Of a stretch of 64,000 nt of DNA, positions 1-8,417 are shown piece by piece. Both the position numbers and the translations under genes were made by a program. Location: assembly GCA_017626325.1 (NCBI GenBank), contig JAGAIZ010000064.1:951-64950 (forward strand), given 5' to 3'. Each line of letters begins with the position of its first letter. Position 1 is the first letter of the stretch. Under the pieces are notes generated by a model, which saw only the letters and a program-made list of their open reading frames with translations, was not told the DNA's origin and did not search any database. The stretch is from Lachnospiraceae bacterium (GTDB lineage Bacteria; Bacillota; Clostridia; Lachnospirales; Lachnospiraceae).

Positions 1-26
1 ATATTCCGGCAAGGAGGATGATAGTG

Positions 27-236
27 ATGCCACTTACATTTGCAAAAGAGGGAGAAATCAATTCCATTAAGAAGGTCGGCGGTAAGGAAGAGACAAGACA
101 GTTTCTGGAGAAGCTTGGATTCGTGACAGGCGCTGATGTGACGGTGGTATCTACCGTAGGCGGAAATGTCATTGTGAATATTAAGGATTCCAGAATTGCC
201 ATTGGCAGGGATATGGCGGCACGCATTATGGTGTAG
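27..236 (+). CDS. feoA: FeoA family ferrous iron transport protein
   Basis: Small (about 70 aa) protein MPLTFAKEGE...GNVIVNIKDSRIAIGRDMAARIMV, typical of FeoA, and located upstream of feoB. AAGGAGG at 11-17 favours the ATG at 27 over the ATG at 18. Confidence 0.85.
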   Translation: MPLTFAKEGEINSIKKVGGKEETRQFLEKLGFVTGADVTVVSTVGGNVIVNIKDSRIAIGRDMAARIMV

Positions 237-377
237 GCATATGCGTCTGCGGATAATTATGGTTAAAGGGTGATAAGGCGATAATGCCGGACCACTTTTT
301 TAATAAAGGGGAGTAAGTTGTAACTAACATCTATTCTATGTGTGGGATAGAGAGTATCAGAGGATAGGAGAACAGTG

Positions 378-599
378 ATGAAAACATTAAAGGAAGTGGC
401 CTGCGGACAGACCGTAACAGTGAAGAAGCTGTCCGGCGAGGGTCCGGTCAGGAGACGTATCATGGATATGGGCATTACCAAAGGCGTTTCAATCTATGTG
501 CGTAAGGTAGCGCCTCTTGGAGACCCTGTGGAAGTAACTGTGCGCGGATATGAATTGTCTCTGCGCAAGGCGGACGCTGAGATGATTGAAGTCGAGTAG
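378..599 (+). CDS. feoA: FeoA family ferrous iron transport protein (second copy)
   Basis: 73-aa protein with the FeoA-like core ...KLSGEGPVRRRIMDMGITKG...VRGYELSLRKADAEMIEV. It sits immediately upstream of feoB. The ATG at 378 follows the in-frame GTG at 375. Confidence 0.85.
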   Translation: MKTLKEVACGQTVTVKKLSGEGPVRRRIMDMGITKGVSIYVRKVAPLGDPVEVTVRGYELSLRKADAEMIEVE

Positions 600-626
600 C
601 TAACTTAGAAAGTTGAGGAGGAAAAA

Positions 627-2777
627 ATGTCAGTTAAAATTGCACTTGCAGGTAACCCTAACTGCGGTAAAACGACTCTGTTTAACGCACTGACAGGTTC
701 CAACCAGTTCGTAGGAAACTGGCCGGGCGTTACGGTAGAGAAAAAAGAGGGTAAATTAAAAGGAAATAAAGACGTGATTATCATGGACTTACCTGGTATC
801 TATTCTTTATCTCCCTATACCTTGGAGGAAGTGGTAGCCAGAAACTATCTGATTAACGACAGGCCGGATATTATCCTGAATATCGTAGACGGTACGAATA
901 TTGAACGTAACCTGTATCTGACCACACAGCTTCTGGAGCTTGGCATTCCGGTTGTGATGGCGGTTAACATGATCGACCTTGTCAATAAGAACGGCGATAA
1001 GATTTCCCTGCAGAAGCTGAGCCAGAGCCTGGGCTGTGAGGTGGTGGAGATTTCCGCCCTGAAGGGAACAGGAGTTATGGAAGCGGCAAACAAGGCCGTA
1101 GCGCTTGCCGGCAAAGCAGCGCAGCCTGTGGCGCATAAATTTGATGAGAAAGTGGAGAATGCCATCAGCGACGTATCCGCACTCTTAAGCGGCGTAGCGG
1201 AAGAGCAGAAGAGATTCTTTGCTGTCAAGCTGCTTGAGAAGGACAATAAGATTGCTGAGCAGATGAGTTCTGTTCCTAACGTTGATTCGCAGATCAAAGC
1301 GCTGGAGGAAGCCTTCGATGATGATACGGAGAGCATTATTACCAATGAAAGATATGTGTACATTTCCAATATTATTAAGGACTGCGTAACTAAAAATAAG
1401 AAAAACGCAATGACAACCTCTGATAAAATTGATAGAATTGTTACAAACAGATGGCTGGCGCTGCCGATTTTCGCAGTTGTAATGTTTATTGTATACTATG
1501 TATCCGTTACGACGGTGGGTGCGTTCGTAACAGATTGGACCAACGACGTATTGTTCGGCGAGATCATCCCTCCGGCAATTGAGAGTGTGCTTACCTCTAT
1601 CGGCTGTGCAGACTGGCTGTCAGGCCTGATTCTTGACGGTATCGTGGCCGGTGTTGGCGCTGTGCTCGGTTTCGTACCCCAGATGCTTGTGCTGTTTATC
1701 TTCCTGGCATTCCTGGAGTCCTGCGGATATATGGCGCGTATCGCGTTTATCATGGACAGAATCTTCCGTAAATTCGGTCTGTCCGGTAAGTCCTTCATTC
1801 CGATGCTGATTGGCTCCGGCTGCGGTGTGCCCGGCGTTATGGCGTCCCGTACCATTGAGAATGACAGAGACCGTAAGATGACGATTATGACCACGACCTT
1901 CGTACCCTGCGGCGCGAAGCTGCCGATTATCGCCCTTATTGCGGGCGCATTCTTCGACAATGCGGGCTGGGTAGCATGGAGCGCATATTTCGTAGGTATT
2001 GCGGCAATCATCTGTTCCGGTATTATCCTGAAGAAGACTAAAATGTTTGCCGGTGATCCGGCTCCTTTCGTTATGGAGCTTCCCGCATATCATATGCCTA
2101 CCGTGGGCGCGGTGCTGCGCAGCATGTGGGAGCGCGGCTGGTCCTTTATTAAGAAGGCAGGTACCATTATCCTGTTATCTACTATCATTCTCTGGTTCCT
2201 GATGAGCTTCGGCTGGGAAGAGGGCTTTGGCATGGTAGAAGAACTGAACAACAGTATTCTTGCCAGAATCGGCAGCGGCATTGCCTGGATATTCGCGCCC
2301 CTTGGCTGGACACAGGGCGGCGAAGGTTGGAAGATGGCAGTTGCTGCAGTTACCGGCCTGATTGCAAAGGAGAATGTGGTGGCAACCTTCGGTATGCTCT
2401 ACGGCTTCGCTGAGGTTGCAGAAGACGGTGCAGAAGTATGGGGCAATCTGGCAGCAGTTATGACGCCTGTTGCAGCATATGGCTTCCTGGCGTTCAATCT
2501 CCTGTGCGCACCCTGTTTCGCGGCGATGGGCGCTATCAAGAGAGAGATGAACAATACGAAGTGGTTCTGGTTCGCGATTGGTTATCAGTGTCTGCTTGCT
2601 TACGTGGTTGCCATGGTGATCTACCAGCTCGGCACACTTTTTACAGGCGGCGGGTTTGGCATCGGAACAGTTGTATCGATTGCGCTGGTAATCGGTTTCC
2701 TGTATCTGCTGTTCAGACCTTACAAAGAGTCTACGGAGCTTAAGGTAGACTTGAAGAAGAGCAGGAAAGCGGCTTAA
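627..2777 (+). CDS. feoB: Ferrous iron transport protein B
   Basis: 716 aa. The N-terminal G-domain has the G1 motif GNPNCGKTTLFN and DLPGIYSL, followed by a polytopic membrane domain. RBS GAGGAGG lies upstream. Confidence 0.97.
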   Translation: MSVKIALAGNPNCGKTTLFNALTGSNQFVGNWPGVTVEKKEGKLKGNKDVIIMDLPGIYSLSPYTLEEVVARNYLINDRPDIILNIVDGTNIERNLYLTTQLLELGIPVVMAVNMIDLVNKNGDKISLQKLSQSLGCEVVEISALKGTGVMEAANKAVALAGKAAQPVAHKFDEKVENAISDVSALLSGVAEEQKRFFAVKLLEKDNKIAEQMSSVPNVDSQIKALEEAFDDDTESIITNERYVYISNIIKDCVTKNKKNAMTTSDKIDRIVTNRWLALPIFAVVMFIVYYVSVTTVGAFVTDWTNDVLFGEIIPPAIESVLTSIGCADWLSGLILDGIVAGVGAVLGFVPQMLVLFIFLAFLESCGYMARIAFIMDRIFRKFGLSGKSFIPMLIGSGCGVPGVMASRTIENDRDRKMTIMTTTFVPCGAKLPIIALIAGAFFDNAGWVAWSAYFVGIAAIICSGIILKKTKMFAGDPAPFVMELPAYHMPTVGAVLRSMWERGWSFIKKAGTIILLSTIILWFLMSFGWEEGFGMVEELNNSILARIGSGIAWIFAPLGWTQGGEGWKMAVAAVTGLIAKENVVATFGMLYGFAEVAEDGAEVWGNLAAVMTPVAAYGFLAFNLLCAPCFAAMGAIKREMNNTKWFWFAIGYQCLLAYVVAMVIYQLGTLFTGGGFGIGTVVSIALVIGFLYLLFRPYKESTELKVDLKKSRKAA

Positions 2778-2842
2778 AGAGATTCTTGGAATTTATAGAA
2801 GATAATAAGAAAGTCAGACAAGAAAAGATTGGAGTTGAGAAT

Positions 2843-2977
2843 ATGGGTACAGCTATAGTACTGTTGATTGTTGCGGGAGCCGTAGGGCTTGCAGTCCGCA
2901 GCATGATTAAGGATAAAAAAGCAGGCAAGTCGCTTCAGTGCGGCGGGGACTGTAAGCATTGCGGCGGCTGCCACTAA
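2843..2977 (+). CDS. FeoB-associated Cys-rich small membrane protein
   Basis: 44 aa: one hydrophobic helix (GTAIVLLIVAGAVGLAV) followed by CGGDCKHCGGCH. RBS GGAG lies upstream of the ATG at 2843. The longer ORF from 2786 has no RBS. The position directly after feoB matches the known small Cys-rich FeoB partner family. Confidence 0.7.
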   Translation: MGTAIVLLIVAGAVGLAVRSMIKDKKAGKSLQCGGDCKHCGGCH

Positions 2978-3026
2978 AGACTCAATCTGACACACATGAC
3001 ATACAAAACATATAGGGAAGATTATG

Positions 3027-3064
3027 AGCGGGATTTGTATAGATCCCGCTTATATTCGTATTTA
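3027..3064 (+). terminator. Rho-independent terminator candidate after the feo operon
   Basis: Stem AGCGGGAT (3027-3034) pairs with ATCCCGCT (3043-3050) around an 8-nt loop. A T-rich tract follows. Confidence 0.5.
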
Positions 3065-3082
3065 TAAAGGAGATTATCAGTT

Positions 3083-3433
3083 ATGGCAAATGTAATCATT
3101 ATAGCGTTGTTGGCGGCAATTGCGGTCTATGCCGTCATATCGTCCCGCAGGCATTTCAAGGGAGAGAGCGGCTGCTGCGGCGGCGGTGGCGGAGACATCG
3201 CCATCAAGAAAAAGCTGGAGCATGAGAAGCTGGGAGAATATGTCATTCACATAGAAGGGATGACCTGTAATAACTGTAGAATCCGCGTGGAAAATGCCGT
3301 TAATAAGCTGGACGGCGTCTGTGCAAAGGTGTCTCTTAAGAAGAAACAGGCAGTAGTCTCTTATGACAGAGAGGTTTCAAAAGAAGAAATCATCAAAGCC
3401 GTGCGGGCTGCAGGTTATCAGGTGAACGAATAA
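3083..3433 (+). CDS. Membrane-anchored Cys/Gly-rich protein fused to a heavy-metal-associated (HMA) domain
   Basis: N-terminal helix MANVIIIALLAAIAVYAVI, then GCCGGGGGD, then an HMA fold with the GMTCNNC metal-binding motif. RBS AAAGGAG lies upstream. Confidence 0.75.
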   Translation: MANVIIIALLAAIAVYAVISSRRHFKGESGCCGGGGGDIAIKKKLEHEKLGEYVIHIEGMTCNNCRIRVENAVNKLDGVCAKVSLKKKQAVVSYDREVSKEEIIKAVRAAGYQVNE

Positions 3434-3664
3434 TTGGCGCCCTTTGGCTTGCTGGCAGGCAGCAGCCCTGTTATAGAGCCTGCGGGGGCAAAAGCCTGGA
3501 AACAGCGCAGCCAGCGGCGTGCAACTGCCGGTTGACAGATTTCCAAGCGTGATTGGTAGCGGTTTTTCCTGGAATAAGTTATGATATAGGAAATAAATCA
3601 AAAGGGTAATGACTCTGACAGAATGACAGGTCAGAAGCGTTACTTGTCTGACAGGAGGATTCGC

Positions 3665-4465
3665 ATGACATTAGGAGAGAAAATCTATAGACTACGAACA
3701 GAGAAAGGACTTTCACAGGAAGCGCTGGGCGATGTGTTGAAAGTGTCCAGACAGTCCGTATCCAAATGGGAAACAGACCAGTCTGTACCGGAGCTTGATA
3801 AATTGGTGGCAATCAGTGATTTTTTTGATGTGAGTACGGACTATCTGTTAAAGGAGGAGACGACGGAAGATACAGGAAGCGCTGCTTCTTCCATGTACCG
3901 CACAGCAAGCTATGCGTCAGAAGATTTTTCCTGCCGCCGTCGTCATTACGAATACAGAAGTCAGAAGATGGTGGGCAGCCTTCCTTTCATACACATTAAC
4001 GTCGGCCCCGGGCTGTATCGTGCAAAGGGCATTATTGCCATCGGCAATATGGCATCCGGTGTGATTGCGGTAGGTTTTCTTGCGACGGGAGTCATTGCGG
4101 TGGGACTTCTCTCGATAGGGCTTCTGGCGCTGGCTACGGTGGCTGTGGGATTGTTGGCCTATGGTTCTCTGGCTGTGGGGGTGATCAGCTTTGGCGCGGT
4201 GTCTTTCGGCATTTTCTCTATGGGTGCATATTCGGTGGGGCAGTTCGCATTCGGGGCGAAAGCGGAAGGTGTACAGGTAGCGATTGGCGACGTGGCGCGG
4301 GGGAAGATTGCCCTCGGCTATTCCCGGGCAGCCGGCGATTATACACAGATCAGCGGCGGAGAGTCCTTTGACTATGAAAGCGCCTGTCGTGCCATCGACG
4401 CGCAGGTGTCTTCTCACTGGTGGTTCTTTAAGAGCTGGGCGAAGAGGATGATCCGGTTATTCTGA
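3665..4465 (+). CDS. XRE-family helix-turn-helix protein with a C-terminal Gly-rich hydrophobic repeat region
   Basis: The N-terminus MTLGEKIYRLRTEKGLSQEALGDVLKVSRQSVSKWETDQSVPELDKLVAISDFFDVSTDYLL is a canonical HTH_3. The C-terminal half is an array of G-x-hydrophobic repeats. RBS CAGGAGG favours the ATG at 3665 over 3623. Confidence 0.8.
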   Translation: MTLGEKIYRLRTEKGLSQEALGDVLKVSRQSVSKWETDQSVPELDKLVAISDFFDVSTDYLLKEETTEDTGSAASSMYRTASYASEDFSCRRRHYEYRSQKMVGSLPFIHINVGPGLYRAKGIIAIGNMASGVIAVGFLATGVIAVGLLSIGLLALATVAVGLLAYGSLAVGVISFGAVSFGIFSMGAYSVGQFAFGAKAEGVQVAIGDVARGKIALGYSRAAGDYTQISGGESFDYESACRAIDAQVSSHWWFFKSWAKRMIRLF

Positions 4466-4559
4466 GCGATGTGCATGGAAAGGCTTACCCGATTCTGTTT
4501 GCTGTATTCTGTATGAAATAAAAAGTATCAGAATTTATAGAAACGCCGGCGGATCGTCG

Positions 4560-4588
4560 TAGAAATATTCGTATTTTCATGGTACAAT
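4560..4588 (+). promoter_or_regulatory. Sigma-A type promoter candidate
   Basis: TAGAAA (4560-4565), a 17-nt spacer ending in TGG, then TACAAT (4583-4588). It lies about 60 nt upstream of the dehydrogenase gene. Confidence 0.4.
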
Positions 4589-4649
4589 AGCGCTATATTT
4601 ATGGAGGGCTATTGAGAAATGGACCTTAAGAAAGAATGAGGTATTAACG

Positions 4650-5606
4650 ATGAAACTGGTAGTCTTGGAAAGAGACAGTGTCGGTACGGATATTGATGTA
4701 AGCTGTTATGAGAAGTTCGGAGAGGTGACGTACTATCCGAATACGGTGGCGGCAAATACAGCGGAGCGCGTGAAGGACGCTGATATTGTCATTGTCAACA
4801 AAGCGCCGATGAATGAGGATACATTGAAGGACGCGCCGAATGTGAAGCTGATCTGTCTGTTTGCGACAGGGTATGACAACGTAGATTTGGATTATTGTAA
4901 GAGCCGCGGCATCAGGGTAGCTAACGTAGTGAATTATTGTACGCCCGCGGTAGCGCAGCATACGCTCCTGCTTGCTATGGTTTTGTCTGAGAAGCTGGCG
5001 TATTATGACGATTATGTGAAATCCGGCACATACAGCGCGCAGGAGAGATTTTCCAATTTTGACAGGGCGTTTACGGAGCTTGAGGGAAAGACCTGGGGTA
5101 TTGTCGGTATGGGAAGCATAGGACGGAAAGTGGCATCCCTGGCGTCGGCCTTTGGGTGTAAGATAATCTTCTATTCCGCTTCCGGCAAAAGTACCTGTAC
5201 GGAGTATGAGAGAGTAGAATTTGATACGCTTTTGCAGGAGTCGGATATCTTATCCCTGCATTGCCCGTTAAGCGACAGGACGAGGAACCTCATAAATAAA
5301 GAAGCGTTTGCGAAGATGAAGAATACGGCGGTGCTGGTTAATGTGGCGCGGGGTCCGGTGGTCAACACACAGGATCTGTATGACGCGCTGATGGAAGGGC
5401 AGATTGCTGCTGCCGGGCTGGATGTGCTGGAGAAGGAGCCGATGGCGAAGGATAATCCGTTGGCCGGCATTCAGGACAGCACGAAGCTGATCATTACGCC
5501 CCATATGTCCTGGGCAAGTACAGAATCCAGAATTCGTCTGGTGGAGGAAGTGGCGAAGAATATCGAAGCGTTTCTTGCGGGAACGGACAGGAATATTGTG
5601 AATTAA
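4650..5606 (+). CDS. D-isomer-specific 2-hydroxyacid dehydrogenase (glycerate/hydroxypyruvate reductase-like)
   Basis: 318 aa with the NAD-binding motif GIVGMGSIGRKVA. The family-typical VNVARG, LDVLEKEP and ITPHMSW segments carry the Arg/Glu/His catalytic positions. Confidence 0.85.
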   Translation: MKLVVLERDSVGTDIDVSCYEKFGEVTYYPNTVAANTAERVKDADIVIVNKAPMNEDTLKDAPNVKLICLFATGYDNVDLDYCKSRGIRVANVVNYCTPAVAQHTLLLAMVLSEKLAYYDDYVKSGTYSAQERFSNFDRAFTELEGKTWGIVGMGSIGRKVASLASAFGCKIIFYSASGKSTCTEYERVEFDTLLQESDILSLHCPLSDRTRNLINKEAFAKMKNTAVLVNVARGPVVNTQDLYDALMEGQIAAAGLDVLEKEPMAKDNPLAGIQDSTKLIITPHMSWASTESRIRLVEEVAKNIEAFLAGTDRNIVN

Positions 5607-5656
5607 GAAAGAGTAAGAACGATCGAATAATCAGGAATAAGAAAGGATAATTCAAT

Positions 5657-6961
5657 ATGGGAATCGTGATTAAGAACGCGCTGGCAGTATTGCCCCAGGG
5701 TGCGGAGGATGTAATCAAAGAGACGAGCATTTATATAGAGAAAGACCGTATCGCGGCTGTCGGGGACGCGCCGGAGGGTTTCGTGGCGGACAAGGTAATC
5801 GACGGAAAGGATAAGCTGGTGATTCCGGGCTTAATTAACTGTCATACCCATTCCTATATGTCCTTTATGCGCAATGTGGCGGACGATCTTTCTTTTATGG
5901 ACTGGCTGTTTGGAACGATTGACCCTATCGAGCAGCAGATGACGGACGAAGATACTTACTGGGGCGCGAAGCTGGCGATTATTGAGATGATGAAAAGCGG
6001 AACGACCTGCTTTAACGATATGCAGATGAATATTCGTCAGACCACAAGGGCGGTGAAGGAATCCGGCATGCGCGCGGTTATCTGCAGGGGACTGGTTGGA
6101 AGCGGTAATGACGAGGCGGGACAGACGCGTCTGCGTCAGGCATACGAAGAACGGGACGCCGCGAAGGACTGCGACAGATTAACGTTTCGTTTAGGACCTC
6201 ACGCGCCCTATACCTGCGACGAGGAATTCCTGCAAATTGTAGCGGCGGAAGCGAAGCGGGAGCATATGGGAATCCATGTGCATCTGTCCGAAAGCGTAAG
6301 TGAAATAGAACAGATACAGGAGAAATACGGATGTACGCCGATAGCGCTGGCAGAGCGAAGCGGTATCTTCGATGTGCCTGCGATTGCGGCTCACTGCGTG
6401 CAGGTAACGGATGAGGATATCGATATTCTGGTCAGGAAAGGGGTCAGCGTCGTGACCAATCCTGCCAGCAATATGAAGCTGGGCAATGGCTTTGCGCCCA
6501 TCGGAAAGATGCTGGAAAAGGGTGTGAATGTCTGTCTGGGTACGGACGGCGCAGCCAGCAACAATTGTCTGAATATGTTCCACGAACTGAGCCTTCTGAC
6601 GCTGATTCATAAGGGAACAGGCAGGACGCCTCAGTGCGTCAGTGCCAGGGAGGGCTTCCGTATTGCGACGATCAACGGCGCCAGGGCGCTTGGGCTGGAA
6701 CAGGAAATCGGTTCTATCGAAGCCGGTAAGAAAGCGGATCTGGCGATTCTTGACCTGAATACACCGTCCTTAACGCCCAGAAATAATCTCCTTGCGGGAC
6801 TCTCTTATTCTGCCAACGGTTCCGAAGTGGACACTGTGATCATCAACGGACAGATTACGATGGAGCACCGCAGGATACTGACGATGGACGAGCAGCTTGT
6901 ATACAGAAAGATTCAGGGCATTATCGAGCGGATGGGATTGGATAAGAAGCAGTATTCTTAA
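5657..6961 (+). CDS. mtaD: Amidohydrolase, 5-methylthioadenosine/S-adenosylhomocysteine deaminase-like
   Basis: 434 aa with the metal ligands INCHTHSYMS (HxH), HVHLSE and GTDGAASNN. Length and motif order match MtaD/TrzA-type deaminases. Confidence 0.8.
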   Translation: MGIVIKNALAVLPQGAEDVIKETSIYIEKDRIAAVGDAPEGFVADKVIDGKDKLVIPGLINCHTHSYMSFMRNVADDLSFMDWLFGTIDPIEQQMTDEDTYWGAKLAIIEMMKSGTTCFNDMQMNIRQTTRAVKESGMRAVICRGLVGSGNDEAGQTRLRQAYEERDAAKDCDRLTFRLGPHAPYTCDEEFLQIVAAEAKREHMGIHVHLSESVSEIEQIQEKYGCTPIALAERSGIFDVPAIAAHCVQVTDEDIDILVRKGVSVVTNPASNMKLGNGFAPIGKMLEKGVNVCLGTDGAASNNCLNMFHELSLLTLIHKGTGRTPQCVSAREGFRIATINGARALGLEQEIGSIEAGKKADLAILDLNTPSLTPRNNLLAGLSYSANGSEVDTVIINGQITMEHRRILTMDEQLVYRKIQGIIERMGLDKKQYS

Positions 6962-7088
6962 GAACAGATTGGTATAACGTAGAACATATTTCCCAGAGTG
7001 GAGAAAGATTTAGTGATGGCATAAATATGTAATATTTGGTATACTGATATTACAGACAGAACAAATGAAATCGAAAGGAGATTGTGAT

Positions 7089-8309
7089 ATGTTAGCGACA
7101 TTAATACCCTTTTTTGATAAAGATATGAAGGTATGCGCCTATTCACTGTTTTCTCAGAAGGAAAATTATCTGTTAAATCCGGTACTTCAGGGTTCGTCCA
7201 AGCATGACGGGGCGGCGAATGTGAGCGGGTTGGATATTATACAGAAGATTGGCATCGATACGCTTTCTCCGGGAACAGACGTATTTATTACGGTAGGGCA
7301 TATCGCTATTTTCTCAGATATTGAGTCTCAGAGCAGTTCCATGCGGGGCAGGCTTGTGCTGCTTCTGGATGATGCGATCCAGAATGACGAGGCTTATAGG
7401 AACCGCCTGGCACAGCTTAAGAAGGAAGGCTACAAGCTGGCTATCCGTAAGCTTCCGGTGGCGGCTTATGAGCAGTACAAGGAGATTCTTGCACTCATGG
7501 ATTATATTATTCTGGATTGTAAGAAAGTAGATGTGATGAAGGCCAAAATTTATTTTGGCAAGCTCTATCCGAGTATTAAGATCTGCGTGGGCAATATCGA
7601 GAATCAGAAGATGTTTGATTATATTAAGGATGACGACAGCTACAGTTTGTTTGAGGGCAAATTCTACCGCATTCCAATTACAAGGGGAGAGACAGAGGTT
7701 TCGCCGCTTAAGATTAATTATCTGGAGCTCATGAATATTGTGAATGATAAGGATTATGAACTGACGGAGGCGGCGGACATCATCGGGCGGGATACAGCGC
7801 TGGTGGTGGAGCTTCTGAAGCTGGTAAATAAGATCGCGATTAATTCTGAGGTTACTTCTATCCGGCATGCGGCGGCAATTCTCGGACAGAAGGAATTAAA
7901 GCAGTGGATCAATACTGTAATTACGAAGGAATTGTGCGCGGACAGACCCAATGAGATCGCAAGACTTTCCCTGCTTCGCGCGAAGTTCGCGGAGTGCCTG
8001 GCGCCTTGCTTCGGGCTGGCGATGAAGTCTTCGGAATTATTCTTAATGGGCCTTTTCTCGGTACTTGACATTATCCTTAATATGACGATGGAAGACGCCT
8101 TGAAGAAGGTGAATGTGTCCAGAGAGATTTCGGACGCGCTGGTCTATCACAAAGGCGAGTTCGCCGAGCTGTATGAGTTTATTACGGCATATGAGAATGC
8201 GGACTGGCAGGAGGTATGCCGGGAGCTGATTGTCAAGGATATCAGCGTGAATACGGTGTACGACGCATATACGGAGACTATGTGCTGGTACAGGGATATG
8301 TTTTTCTAA
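7089..8309 (+). CDS. Degenerate EAL domain plus HDOD domain signalling protein (YuxH/COG3434-like)
   Basis: About 406 aa. The N-terminal half is EAL-like, but the family YELL(F/Y)R segment reads AYSLFSQ. The C-terminal half is HDOD-like (...ALVVELLKLVNKIAINSEVTSIRHAAAILGQKELKQWI...). RBS AAAGGAG favours the ATG at 7089. Confidence 0.7.
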   Translation: MLATLIPFFDKDMKVCAYSLFSQKENYLLNPVLQGSSKHDGAANVSGLDIIQKIGIDTLSPGTDVFITVGHIAIFSDIESQSSSMRGRLVLLLDDAIQNDEAYRNRLAQLKKEGYKLAIRKLPVAAYEQYKEILALMDYIILDCKKVDVMKAKIYFGKLYPSIKICVGNIENQKMFDYIKDDDSYSLFEGKFYRIPITRGETEVSPLKINYLELMNIVNDKDYELTEAADIIGRDTALVVELLKLVNKIAINSEVTSIRHAAAILGQKELKQWINTVITKELCADRPNEIARLSLLRAKFAECLAPCFGLAMKSSELFLMGLFSVLDIILNMTMEDALKKVNVSREISDALVYHKGEFAELYEFITAYENADWQEVCRELIVKDISVNTVYDAYTETMCWYRDMFF

Positions 8310-8417
8310 GGAATAGGATATGATTCACAATCCGTGAATTTTCATCAGTGATGACAGGACAGACGACCATCACTATAATAAAAATTCGGCTGATTAATCT
8401 TAAGGAGGAAACTATCA

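Noticed and set aside
8310-8417. Possible SAH or SAM-type riboswitch upstream of ahcY
   Set aside because: The spacer is only about 100 nt. I could not fold the pseudoknotted SAH-element consensus or any conserved riboswitch core by eye. A covariance-model scan is needed before claiming one.
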